64,000 nt of DNA from positions 9,507,352 to 9,571,351 of the forward strand of contig MU053934.1 of NCBI GenBank assembly GCA_013239625.1. Reading direction: 5' to 3'. The notes under the pieces are model-generated. The model ran no database searches. It saw only the letters and a list, made by a program, of their open reading frames with translations, and had not been told where the DNA came from. A program made the translations under genes and the position numbers. Position 1 is the stretch's first letter, and every line of letters begins with the position of its first letter. Origin of the DNA: Lama guanicoe (Eukaryota). Below are positions 10,684 through 23,400 of the stretch, one piece after another.

Positions 10684-13600
10684 AAAATCAGAAGATAAAA
10701 TGACTATAATGACAATGAATACATAATGATGAATTAATTCGGCATGGGTTATATTCATCTTTATAGCAATGCAATCATAAAATATAATTTTTAATATTTA
10801 TGGAGAAAGGAACCATGAAAGCAAAACTGCTTGGATCCACAGAAGTCATGACGGGGCCCTGACTGGACCCGGTGTGTCCCAGGGCAAAGGGTCAGATGTG
10901 TGGCTCCAAGGGGGTCTTTGGGGTGTGAATCTGGCTTCTCCAAAGGCCCGCCAGGACAGGTGACGCGTACCGTGAAGAGGAGTCAGGGCCCTCGCGCGCG
11001 CGTGTGTGCATGTCCCTGTGCTCACACGTGTTTTGCAGACCCCTGAGTGTGCAAGGCCCTGTCCTTGAGACACGTGAACACAAGGCTGTTGAGGTGTGGC
11101 CGTGAGGGCCTGGTGCTCCTGGCCGTGGGGTGAGGGGTTGTCACTGGGCAGGGAGACCATGGCGGCATCTTCCATTGTCTGCCTGGGAGAAAGCAGGCTG
11201 CGTGCGAAGCCCGCTCACAGCCAGACACCTCAGTTTGGAGACACTCTCCCAGTCGCACAGGCTCAGGGTCTGCACGTGGGCAGGGACCGCTGTGTTGGGC
11301 ACCGTGGGTTTAGTGGTCCCTGTGGCCCCCTCCTCCAGAGTTCGGGAGACTGTTTTTTCTGCTGCTTTTTTGCTGGTGGCCCTTCTTGGGCAGGGTAAAG
11401 GATGCTTCCACTGGCTACTCAAGGCTGCAGCAGCCCTGAGAGCTGAAAGAATGGGTCTTGACGCTGCAAGTTTCCAGGACGAGGGGGGACTGCTGCAGAG
11501 GGTTCTTCGGCCGTGCTCCCAGACGCCAGGGGGACGGCACAAAGGGCTGGCTTCAGGGTACAATAGTGGGGCGGTTAGTCACAGTGCCGGGCAGCGGGCA
11601 GGCAGACAGAGCTCCCTGTGTCTGCGCCTATTCGGGCTGGGCCCTGCAGCCTGATTTCCCCTGCCCCTGGCCTTTTGTTTGCACCCGTCCCTGCTCCCCG
11701 ATTAACCCCCTGCTGCCCGCCCCACGGCCTACCTGGCCACCTGGCTGGGGCATCCTTACCAGGCTCTGGTTTCCATCAGCCACCCTGGCCAGAGGCAAGC
11801 TGCTCCTTGAAGCCGGGCTCAGGCCTGCGTGATTTCACTGGCATCTCTGGGGACAGAGGCACTGGCACAGCTCCGTCACCATCACCGTGGCTGGGCAGCA
11901 TTTGTGGGCTTGAGGACCAGTTTTGTGTGACTTAAAGATCCATCAGCATTTGAGAGTATTCACCATGCAAGGGCTGGGCATTTCTGGAAACAATGAAAAG
12001 CCAAAACTGTGAAAAATTAGGGAGTGGCCCTGAAGCTGGTGCCGGTACTGCATGTTTTAAAGTGAACAGACTGATATAAATATTTTAATCCTGTGCATAG
12101 ATAGATGGATAAGATAAAATAAATTAGTCATGTCCCAGCCCTGTCTGGGGACTAAAGCAGGACTTCTGTCAGCACTTGCTGTTTGGTAGTTACAATTAAA
12201 ATCGCCCCTTCTAGGTTGCAATTCTAGCGTCTCAGAGATGGAATTAGCTGTTTGTTTAATTTGACAGTTAAACTATTAACACGTGGAGAAGGTAACTGCC
12301 CCCCAAAAAGGCATAAAACACAGTTAACAGTCTCTCTCACTGTCTTTAACTTAAAAATGATCTGTGCAGAGATTCTACATTTTGGCTTTTCTTTGCTAAA
12401 TTAAAGTGGCATGTGTTTTTATTTTAGAAGGCAGGGATGGTTTGCTGTGCCGTGTGTGAGGCGGGGAGGTAAAATAAAGGGCCTTTTGAAAATGTGCCCA
12501 TCTCCTACAGCTAAAAACCCAAGAGCCAGACATTTTTTTTCCCCTTGGAGGAAATAAATGCCTCCAATTTATTCATCTTACCTGTTGATTACATTTGGTA
12601 ACTATTTTATTGTTGAGTCCTTATCTAGAATTGAAGATGTCTTTGGAATATCAAAAACCTAGTTCTGTTTGGTCCATGAGACATTGGTGCCTCTCTGTTA
12701 AAAACCACTTAACGCCGCATCCGGGCCCAGGCGGCTCTCTGGACGGAGCACGGACTGTGTGCATCCAGCTTCTGCCTTCAGAAATTAAGTGATGGAAGAC
12801 TTACGGTCAGCTCACATCATTTCGTTCTGATTTCTTTTAAACCAGTGAAGATGATTTTAGCACAAAGAGTGATGTATCTTACTTGCATTCTGAGAGCCAT
12901 TGGATTTTTCAAGCCGGAATACAATTTTTTTTTTTCAAAATCCAAATTTAGAAATTGCCTTTTAGAGTAGAAAACAGCATGCTGGTTCGCCTTTTCGCTC
13001 ACTTTAAAAGAAATAGACTTCAGATCAAATACATTTGATTCGTAGATTTTTTTCCCCGTCCGTTGTTATCGAGGGGCTGGAAATAGCCCACTTTTACAAA
13101 GTAACGTAAGAAAAGGCATGTTCCCACACAGGCATAGAGTCCTTCTGGGGTGGACCCAAGCCCCAGAGGGGCCACGGACTTATACTTGAGTCACTGTCCT
13201 GTGCACATTTTTCCTTCCCAGGAGGAGTATGGCATTCAGCCACAAAGTCATCAAGTGAAAAAAAGACAGTCCCTGCCTGCCTGAGGCACAGTCACACCAC
13301 ACACCTCTCGAGAGATAAAGGGACCCTGTGCAAATACCATTGTTTTAAAGCAAACCCAACACAATTTTCACTAATTGCAATTCTGCCCTGGCCATAGGCA
13401 CTAGCTCCAATAATGGAAAAAAAGGAAAAAATTGGAATAATGGGAAACACACTTGATCCCTGGGGAAACTGTCTCTCCTGCAGGAAGGTACTGGGATGAG
13501 AGGTCTGGAAGCTGCCACGGGGACATGGGAGACTCAAAGCCTCCGTTCAAATCTTGGGGCTCTTAACTTCTCTCCTCCACTCCTCAGTTTCCCACATTTC

Positions 13601-14949
13601 AGATGAGAAAAAAAATGACCTCAACGCACTGTCCAGGGTTGTTGCAGGAATATCTCAGCGGCAGCCAATATTTGCATAGCAGAGCTGCCTGGTTTCATTT
13701 TCTGTTTGAACATGTTTCTCTAAAGGGTAAAGTGCTGGAGACACGTGAGCTGCCGTTATCAACCTAATAACTTTCCTGGCAATATATGGTCATTATTGTT
13801 TATGTTTAACTCATAAATAGCGATAGTAACGTATCTTATTCTTGAAATGAATTATGACATAATACATGCAGCTTTATCAGTAATACGACCCCTTGCTGAT
13901 TATGGAAGCAGCATATGCTCATCGTGGAAATTTTGGAAAATGCAGAGAAGTGCATGGAAGGGAAGTCATCCTCCCCACTCCAGCTCTGGTCACGCGTCCA
14001 CATCTTTCCTGCAAGGTTTTCTTCTCTGCCCTGTGGATTCTTGGAGCCCGTACTTTCGGATGACTCCATCATGCTTTTCGGCTGGGGTCTCCTGTCCTCT
14101 TTGAGCTTCTGTTCTCTAGGGGCGGCCCCTCCCTCTGGCACCCAGGCCACCACCTTCAAGCAGGCTGGGCACAGGCCCTGGCATTCAGGGAGACGACCTC
14201 AGGCTCCCTGGCTCCCAACCCCCTTCCCCTGCCCTTCCGGGAGCCATGTCGGGGCAGGCCAGACAGACTGCCAGTACGGCCCCGTGGCAGAGTCCAGGCT
14301 GACTCAGGGCATCGGGGACATGGGGCGAGTGGCAGGAAACACAGTGTCTTACGGTGCCCAGGCCTTGGGGATGGAGAGGAGCGCAGCTGGGCCTTCTCCA
14401 TGCGGGATGGGGCCAGGAGGTGGGAGGAGCGGGACCCCACAGCCGGGAAAGTGGTGAAAAGCAGGCCTGAGGTTTGAATTCTCAGCACAGAAAGCCACTT
14501 GGGCTAAATCACTCCTTAGACGGGCAAAGTTTCATCAGAGCTGTCGAGATAATGTTTCCAAGGTGTTCAGCTTTCTGGTTCTGACTGAAACTCACCAAGC
14601 GATTGGAGGTTAATGCCAAGTGACTTGGTAGGCAGAAATAGGCCAGTACTTTAGTACAAGGGCACAGTTCCCAAACGCTGTGTTGCAATCAGGCACGGGC
14701 CTCGGCTGGTCCCACAAATCCATCAGGCAAAAGTTCCCCGTTACCAGGCCTCTGGAAGGGGAAACAAACTGATTTCCATATTGTTTTCTAGAGTAACTGA
14801 CATCCGAAGTGAATTCTAGAGTTTCTAAGTTCATTTCTGCTATGATAAATGGAGTCCATGAGGTCTGCCTTGACCCCCTTGGATAATGCAGTGCCTTCAT
14901 CATCTTAACAGATCAGTAGAGATTTATTAACAGCCCACACTGCAGACAG

Positions 14950-15290
14950 ACTTCACCAGCAAGGCTGCTGGTTGTGGTGTTAGTTATAGTAGAGAAATAT
15001 TAGTGAGAATTGAAATTTGTAATAATCACAGGAAATGCTGGGTGAATTATCACATAAGAATAAAATGGAATGTTGTGTCACTATTAAAATGCTGTTGACA
15101 AAGAGTTTGTAATAGCATGGGGACATACAGGATGCAACATTTTACGAACAGTAAATATGTATGTAAATTATGTAACTGTATGCACATGTTCACTGCTGGG
15201 AAGGAAATGCATTAGTTTTATTTTCTGGATGATGGCAAATAGGTGAATTTTCCTTTTTTCCATGTATTTTGTACTTGAATTATTTATACT
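14950..15290 (+). mobile_element. Ancient L1 (L1M/L1ME-like) 3' fragment
   Basis: GTGAATTATCACATAAGAATAAAATGGAATGTTGTGTCACTATTAAAA..CTGGGAAGGAAATGC..ATAGGTGAATTTT resemble old L1 3' ends. Confidence 0.5.
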
Positions 15291-15419
15291 TTATACTCAC
15301 TACTTAAATTATCTCTATCTTAAATATCTATCTTCATATTTTACTTTTAAATTACTTATACTTGATTCTCTGCCTTCCGTAAACATGTGGTATTTTTCTA
15401 AGCAAGAAAAATCATTTTT

Positions 15420-15556
15420 TGTTTGGTTTGGTTTTTTTTGGTTGGGGCGGTGGGTAATTAGTTTACAGATTTATTTTTAGAGGAGGTTCTGCGGGTTGAA
15501 CCCAGGACCCTGTGTATGCTAAGCATGCACACTACCACTTGAGCTGTACCCTCCAC
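15420..15556 (-). mobile_element. tRNA-derived camelid SINE (Vic-1 type), full length with TSD
   Basis: Reverse complement reads GGTGGAGGGTACAGCTCAAGTGGTAG..GGGTTCAACCC..AAAAATAAAT..CTAATTACC..A-rich tail (A and B boxes present). A perfect 17-bp TSD CAAGAAAAATCATTTTT flanks it at 15403-15419 and 15557-15573. Confidence 0.9.
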
Positions 15557-15572
15557 CAAGAAAAATCATTTT

Positions 15573-15701
15573 TAAATGAAGTAGATGTAAACATCTACTT
15601 CATTTACAATTTTTTGTTAATTTGTTAATTTTGTTAATTAAAATTAAAATTTTTGTTAACTAAAAAAATTTTTTAATAAAGTAGAATCATTCTACTTTAT
15701 T
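15573..15701. repeat. Cluster of perfect inverted repeats and short direct repeats
   Basis: 16-bp IR 15573-15588/15591-15606; 13-bp IR 15675-15687/15689-15701; four TTTGTTAA copies between them. Confidence 0.9.
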
Positions 15702-16539
15702 GGGAGTAGAAATAAAGACAAATGGCTTATTTTTCCTTCAATACTGTGGATAGATGGCAAGTAGCAGAATTATTCGTTAGGCCAACAAATGTATATAGTA
15801 AGTAAATACTGTTTGTTCTCTTATAAAAGATTTGTACATTGATAGCTTATTAATCAAACGCTACATGCATTCCCTAAACAAACATATATACTTGCACAAC
15901 CAGGGCACAAAAATCTCAACTAGGATTTTGTGTGAACTTAAGGAGAAGTATTTTTGTCCCCTAAACAATACCATCCAGAAATGAGAAAAAAGGCATTCTT
16001 GTTCTTCTTGGCTATTTGGTCCAGTGATTCCCCACTCCCCTGGTGAGGTTGCTTGATTCCGAGTTTGGGCTTTCTGCTTCTATTGGTTGTTTTATAAGGG
16101 CAATTTAAAAGATCCTGCAAGTTCTTATCTGGGGAAGAACACAGATCTTGGATTCATACTGCCAGATGATACACTGTGGTCTTTGGGTAGAACTCTTAGC
16201 GATTTATTTATACTCTCATTTATTTTCTTTTAAAAGAAAGAAAGAAAACAATTTTTTTTCCAGCTTGTACTTCCCAGGACTTCTATATTTCAAAATATTA
16301 TTCTGCACTCTTAAGTCACCTGCTAATTCACAGCCGGGGGATACACTGCTTGTAACAAGACAAGAGGCAGGAATTTTCTTTTATGAGCATAATGCTACAG
16401 GATTTTGTGATATGGAAAATTCTGTCCCATCTTACCGTCTAAAATATCTGAGCCTTGCGGCAAGTGCCATTTGCTCTCCTGTAAAATCCGTTCCCTAGAC
16501 CAGCAGTGTTGGAAAGGGTAGAATCTTAAAAAATGCAGT

Positions 16540-17840
16540 GGTCCGGAAATAACTCACTGCCCCGGTTGGTTTACAAGGCCCGGTGGGAGGCTGTCAGACT
16601 GACCCCCGCTCCGGACACCACGTGGCGCAGGTGAGCCGCGGCCGCGGGGACCCCGTCCAGGACCTGGGCCGGCTCGCCGCCTGCGTACGGCTGACACGAA
16701 GGCCTGCGGCCTCAGTTTCCCCCGCTGCCTCCGCGGGTGGGGGCGGAGGCGAGGCTGGCGGCGGCCCGGACGGCGGGGACCTGGCGGGAAGGGGTCTGCA
16801 CGCGTCGGGCCGGGCCCGCGGGGAGGCGCCCGGCTGGGAGGTCCCGCGGCCTCCGGGGCGCGACCCTCTAATCCGCTTTAGTCAATATATTGTGCGCTTT
16901 ACTTAGGCAAAGTAAACAGGGCGGGCCAACAAAGCGGCGGCCGCCGGCCCGCGACTCCCTGACCCCGGGGTCGCGCCCTTTGTTCGCCCTCAATGGGGCC
17001 GCCCCGTCGCCCGCCCGCCCGCGGCTAATTGGGGCGCGTGCCGCCGCCGCCGCGGACCCCGGCCCCGGCTCTGACACCGGACCCCGGCTCGGACAGAGAC
17101 TCGGACCCCAGCGCGGAGTCCGACCCCGGAACCGGACCCGGACCCCGGTTCCGACACGGATTCGGACCCTGGACCCCAACGCGGATCTGGACTCCTGCTG
17201 GGACCCGGACCCCGGACCCAGATCCAGATGCGGGTCAAGATTCGGACTCGGACCGGGACCCCTGCTTGGACCCTAACACCTGCCTGACGCAGACCCGGCT
17301 TTGGCTCCCGGCTCGGACCGCGCAAAGCGCGCCCGCCCCCGACTCAGACTCCAAGGCCCCCACGTACGTGGACCCGGCCGCAGGCTCAGACTGCAGGCTC
17401 CGCTCCCCACTTGATGTGGACCCCAGGCTCCAGACCTGATGCCACCCGGCCCGGCCCTGGCCCTGCCTCGGCTTCGTCCCCGCTGAGCCCTCTCTCCGCC
17501 CTGGGCCGGGAGCCTGGAGGCTGCATGGAGGAGGCGCGCGAGACCTCCGGGCCTCCAGAGCGGGTGCAGACCCCGTCGTGTCACCTGCCCCGCCCAGACC
17601 CGGCGGGACGAGGCTAGCCGCAACCCGGTTGCCCACCCCGGTGGCCGATGCGCTGGTCGGCCGACGGATCCCAGGCAGCCACCGCGGCCGCGTGGCGCCT
17701 GCCACCCGGGGGGTGTGGGGGCCGCGACGGCACCGCTGCACGGGTCCCAGGCCAGGAGCCCGGCTGGAGGCGTCGCTCTGCAGGGCCCTTGTGGACTGCG
17801 ACCGACCCGCCGGCAGAAGTGCAGAGAGGAGAGGTCTGCG
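16540..17840. promoter_or_regulatory. CpG island / candidate promoter 3
   Basis: Dense CpG; ETS-like CCGGAAAT near 16543; E-box CACGTG 16619-16624; donor CAG|GTGAGC at 16630/16631; FOX/SOX motif cluster 16869-16990. Confidence 0.8.
17053..17300. repeat. Degenerate CGGACC/GGACCC hexamer-based tandem repeat
   Basis: GGACCCC, CGGACTC, CCGGACCC and GGATCT variants recur at roughly 6/12-nt periodicity. Confidence 0.75.
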
Positions 17841-20388
17841 GGAAAACAAGGCACGTGTGTTTTTCTTTCTCTGCTCTTCATTTCTGTGGAAGTCCCGCAA
17901 ATGGGAAAGAAAAGGTGCTCCAGGAAAGCAGAATCCACGGTCCCCTGCGATGAAAAACAGGAACCTTCACACCCATCTGCACTGGGCTTTCGTTGCCTCC
18001 TAGGCCCTTCTTTTCCCTCCAAATCACAACCTTTACAGAGTCTTGGGGGTAGTTCTAGGTGGGACCTACCAGGCCCAGAGTGATGAAGACAGCTGACACT
18101 AAATTCAGCCCTGACCATCCCATGTCCCCTGTGTTCTTTGTTTTTTCCTCAAATGCTGGACAAGGTTATAATTTTTATCCCAAGCAGCTTTTGAGACTTA
18201 GCTCCTTGTAACTTTTTTTTAAGGTTTTGTCTGATTTTAAAAAGCACTTTCTCTTGTAATTAGGTGCAAAGAGGAGGCAAGAGAAAGGCGTCTTGGAAGC
18301 CTTTGCCTTTGCAAATGAACAGGGTGGCTTCAAGTTCTCCGCCAAGCCAGGCAAGGCCTCTGGCTCGCGCCTCATTTATTTCATAGTTTTGTTCACCTGG
18401 CTCTGCCAGGGAGCCTTTTAAAAATGTTAAGTTTGTTTCTGTGCTTGCCGTTTGTGCAGTGGAATATTCTGCTGTGGAATTTGGCTTTTGGGGAACACTT
18501 GGTGTTCGGGGCCGTGCCTTGCTGTCCTGAGGATGAGCGGGTGTTGTGTCGGTGCGTATCACAAACTAGGGGGAGGCAGGGGCTTCAGGAAATTTCGCTG
18601 TGTGGTGCAGATCTCTCCTGGAAAGGGAAGCCCTTTGGAGACAGACTGCTGGTATCTCCTTCAATACAACCATTTCCGAAATAACCCAGTTCCCTCTTTC
18701 TTCACCTCTTTCTCAATGCATGTGCCCCTGCAGAATGCTGACTTCCAGGCCCCAGGCCCTGGCCATCCCTCCAGGAGAGAATTGCCACCATGAGCCTCTC
18801 TGGAGGGAGCCGGTTATGAGTGATCCTGGCTGACTTGAGACTTTGAGGTTTTCCCAGACCATATTGTCACCTGTTTGGCCTTTTATACTGAGACCACGGG
18901 CAGGGACCTGCCAGGTTCACGGGGGGCCGCAAGTCGGGGAAGGTTCTGGTGGGGCTCAGAGCTATGGTGGTTGTGTGGCTGGGGAGCCCCTGGTTACAGG
19001 GTGTCTGCACACCAATAGGAAGAAGGGTGAACGGGGGGCATTGGGGCCCCTCCACTCTGTTGAGGCGGCTTTGTTCTGAGGACTCTGGCAGGCCCGGCGT
19101 GGGGAGCTCAAGTTCGTGCTTTTACACCGGAGGTCGATGCGTCCAGCCCAGTTGTGTGGGGGCGACGAGGATGCACCTGCAGGGGAGGGTGGACGCTTCA
19201 GATGACCGGAGCCGGCTGCGGGGGCGGGGAATTGCCGGAGCTGGCCTGCTCAAGGCAGTTCTGGGCTCCGTGTTTCAATGGAGTTCTGTTTTTCCCAGGA
19301 ACTGTTCTTACCTATAAAATAAGCCTGCACATGCGTGAGCGTGAAGGGTTGGGTGGTGATACGTTCTGTTAAAAAAAACAACGAAGGGGCGTGTGTGCCT
19401 GCAGTGGTTGGGGGTCCCAGGTTGGTACAATATTGTGCCAAATCAGTATTCCACCCGCTCAGGCCTCAGTTTCTCTGGTCTTTAAGGAGGTGTGGCATTT
19501 CTTGTTCTGTCTTCTCGGGTTGTGAGGATCACGTGAGACAGGGCTCAGAAATTTATGCGCCCCGTAAATCACAAACCGCATGCTCTCCACACACGAGACG
19601 CTGTCCTTATCACCTTAGCAAAAACCTGCACTAGGAGCCGTTGTTTTTGTTGAAAATGTTTAGCGACTCCCGTGGTACCTGGCACAGACTAAATGCTTGA
19701 GGTGCTTTTGTTGACTTGAACTATATCAAAACCCTCGGCGATGGTATAAGAAGGTGTGGGCCGAGCATGCTGAGAATTTGGACAAACTGCAGAGCATCCC
19801 TGCGTCTCCAAGGCCTTTGATCGTGATAACAAGTTGGTCCCCAACTTGGGGGATTGGATTTGGTGGTTTGGAGACCCTCCTCCTCCTGGCATGGATGCCG
19901 AGAGCCCTGAATGTTTATCCCAGGCTTCAAGGCTCTCTTTGCAGCCTCACCCAGCCTGGCTTGGGTAGGGATCTGCAGGGCCCAAACCCCGGCCCAGGCC
20001 ACACAATTTGACCTCCTTTCCCGAGGGATCGGGTGCACGTGGCTTCCAAGAGGACAGCACACCTTGGCCCCGGGCCCTAGCCTCACTCCCCGAAGCTGGT
20101 CTTGCCATGTTTGTCCTAACAGGGCTGAATGAGGTCAGCTTGGTTTGCCATTCACAAAACATATATATATATATTTTTATTGCAGGGAAAGTTTTCTCTA
20201 TCTGAGGTCAGTCTCATTATCTACAGCAGGTTATGTTTTCACTGGCTTTTGGTGTTTGCACACGTGTAATGAAAAAGGGAGGAACCTGAACAGAATACAG
20301 GTGAGGCCTGCCCTTTGTCTGGGCTTGAGGATCGCCACCAGGACCTCAAGTCGGCCCCAAGCCATAAGGGCAACAGAACTTGTATTTC

Positions 20389-20447
20389 TGTGCGCGCGCG
20401 CGCACACGCACACGCACACGCACACGCACACGCACACACACACACAC
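20389..20447. repeat. Compound microsatellite (GC)n(CACACG)n(CA)n
   Basis: Read directly: about 59 nt of uninterrupted purine-pyrimidine alternation. Confidence 0.95.
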
Positions 20448-23400
20448 CCCCAGGATACCATCCTCGTGTTGCTAGCATTAATGTTCTAATATTAAAGTTT
20501 GAGGCACCCACAGGCTGTCTTAAAAGGCTCATTCAGCCTGCCTGCCTTGGAGCTATTTTATTTATAAGCCTTCTGTCACGTCAAAGAACTCTGTGTTTCT
20601 GGTAGACTGTGTTCGGGTGGTTGAGTGCTTTGGTTTTTGGCTACAGCTGGTGAATTTTTCCGAATCTGTAGATCCAGGTGTGCGTTGAGAAGTTTTTTCC
20701 CAACACAAGAAGTTTCCCAGTGAGCCTTGGAGTCCTCCTAGAAATTTCCGGCATTCTGTGTGTGAGAGACTGCCAGCTTCAGAGAAGCTGTGAGTGAGGG
20801 AAGGAGGTGGCGGGCTGCATCCACTGTCTCCCCTCAGACACGGAGGTGGGGAGAGACTCTTGTAGCACGTTTAGAATACAGGGCTGAAAAACTGGTTTAT
20901 TGGTAAGATACTAGGAAAGGCACAAATCCTTGAACATCGTGGAAAGCCGAGCCCGGGAGTGAAAATGTCCGTCCACATCTCTCTTTATTTTCAAACCCAT
21001 TTTAAAAATATGTATTCATCATATAAAAATTATACAGACTCCTATTTTCAAGGTTAATGTCACCCGTGGTCTGATTGCCTACATTACCACTTTCTTTTGG
21101 TTAAAAAAAAAAGAACTTCTTGTTCCTTTAAAATTAGGAATTACACCCAAAGTTGCTCTATAAATAGCAAGAAACAAAACAGAACAAAAGCATTGGCTTT
21201 CTTTTTCAGTATTTTTTTTTGCAGCCATTAAATATCTTGTCTTGCAGTGATAAATTTAGGTGAGACATTTTTTCACTTTTTGAAGCGAGGATGTATATGA
21301 AAAATCCAACCTTAACCCTAACTTTCTGCTAACCGGATCTGAAAGCTATGATATTTAGACATAGTCAGGAAAATGAAACTGTCATTATATATAACGCAAA
21401 GTACTTGCTTGTGTTGTGTGAAATCATGTTAGATTTTTAAAAAGTAAAATGGGAGTATTCCAATAAACAAGACCAGTGTGGTTGAATTTTAAACAATTTG
21501 TAACACCCGCACCCCTCAAAAAACCCCTCATTCGACATAGGTGCTTTTTGCAGGCAGCTTAAGTTTTGTTGCAATCATTTGAATGAAGTGATCTGTGAAA
21601 TCTTGATTTTAAAGTAAGTTCCTGTTGTCCCTTGCAATTTAGCAGTGAACCATCTGAGCTCTAAATCAGGGTTTATTTCCTTTCTTTTTTTTCCTTTAGT
21701 CTAGAGGGCTTATAATTTACCTAACTTACTGAAGGGCTGTGTGGTTAAGAAATGGTACTAAAATTTTCAGTTCATCTGTGAGGAGGGAAAAAATTAACTT
21801 GCATTAGGATTTCAGCATTATTTAAAAATTAAAAAAATAAACATTTGACAGTTTTTAAAGTTTAAAATTGCTTTAAATTCTTAATAGCTAAATTCTCCTT
21901 AGATATAATGCAAAAAGAATAATGATTATTTCAGGCCCCTATAAAGGATTGATAAGATACAAAAAATACTTCAAAAAAATTGAGGCTTTTCAACTATGAA
22001 AGGAAGGTATCCGTTGGACATCAAGAGAGTGAAATTTTCAAATTTTCTGATGTCTTTTAATTTTCATGAAAATTCATCCCTGATTCTACTAGAAACTGTT
22101 CAAGTTCAAATTCTAATAGATCTTTAATTGCTAATAAAAATCACTATGAGTGGCACATTAATTCTTTAGAAAAATGTTAATTTCCCAATTTATGATTCCA
22201 TTTTAGAAATTGCAGACTTGAGCAACCAAAATAAGCAAATTTAGCACCCATGTCTCTTTGATAGGTAATTTTGATTTTTAAAAAAATTTAGTCTGTACTG
22301 TGCTTTTTCTCATTCCTTTTACGAACCCAAGAATCTAGCGTTGGCATTTGATATATGTGTCTATAATCAGGGATATTGGCCCATCATCTTTAATTCCTAT
22401 TTTCTGATTTGCATTGTTACTATGTTGGAATGGGGAATTTCACTGTAATTCCTCATCTATGAGGGGAAAAAATCCCATAGTAGCATGTATGTATTGCATA
22501 TAGTATGTTCACGTATTTAGATATATGATCAAGCACGTTTATTGCACACTTCTGGTTGTTTTATGCATATCTTTTAATTGAAAAATAATAATAAACTCCT
22601 TAAAGAATGCTTTCAGGGTTAATAGATGGTGTTACATGCACAGGTAACATCATGGCAAGTGAAAGTATGGACTTCCAAAGTGTGTTAAATATGATAAAAC
22701 AGCTGCTCACAGGTTTCTAACTGGACAGGTGATGGGTGTGGAGCTCTGCTGGTCCCTGGGCATGCTGCTGATCACTGTCAGCTGCCGGCGCGCTAAGACT
22801 GTTCTGTACATACATACATATATATATATTTTTTTCTTTTTTTTAAGAAAAGATATAGAAATTGTTCTGCTGGTATGCTTTTTTGGTGGGGACAGGGTGG
22901 CTCCTAATGCAGTCTCCTGCCCTGTGCTTTGTTCCTTACACATGCTTGTCCCATGGCCAGAGTTTCATTTCTGTTGCCAGTGAACTCACACCAAGTTTGA
23001 CATAAGACTGAGTAAACTCAAGCAAAAGATTCTGAAAAATGCTTCATTATGTCTGGGAGGAAAGAATCCTTTCTCTGGATGCTTGAGAGTAAAAATGAAC
23101 GCTTCATAAAGAGCAGCACAGGTTATTACGAAATAGATGTATCCAAACGGAATCCCAGACCTGCAAACTACTTGGAGACAAAGGCAGAAGGAAAAAAAAA
23201 ATCATAAGCCTGGTTTGCCTTTGCACACAGTACCCAGCGCTTCTTAGAGGCTCTTCTAAAGAACACACTGTCTGGGGTGACTGAGGAAGTGGCATCCTAC
23301 AAACTGGCAATCTGGGTTTTACTGGGCTGGCTTGAAAATCATCAGAGTCTTGGGTGGACAAGTTGAATGTTCAAAACCCAAGTGGAAATGTAAGTTTTCA

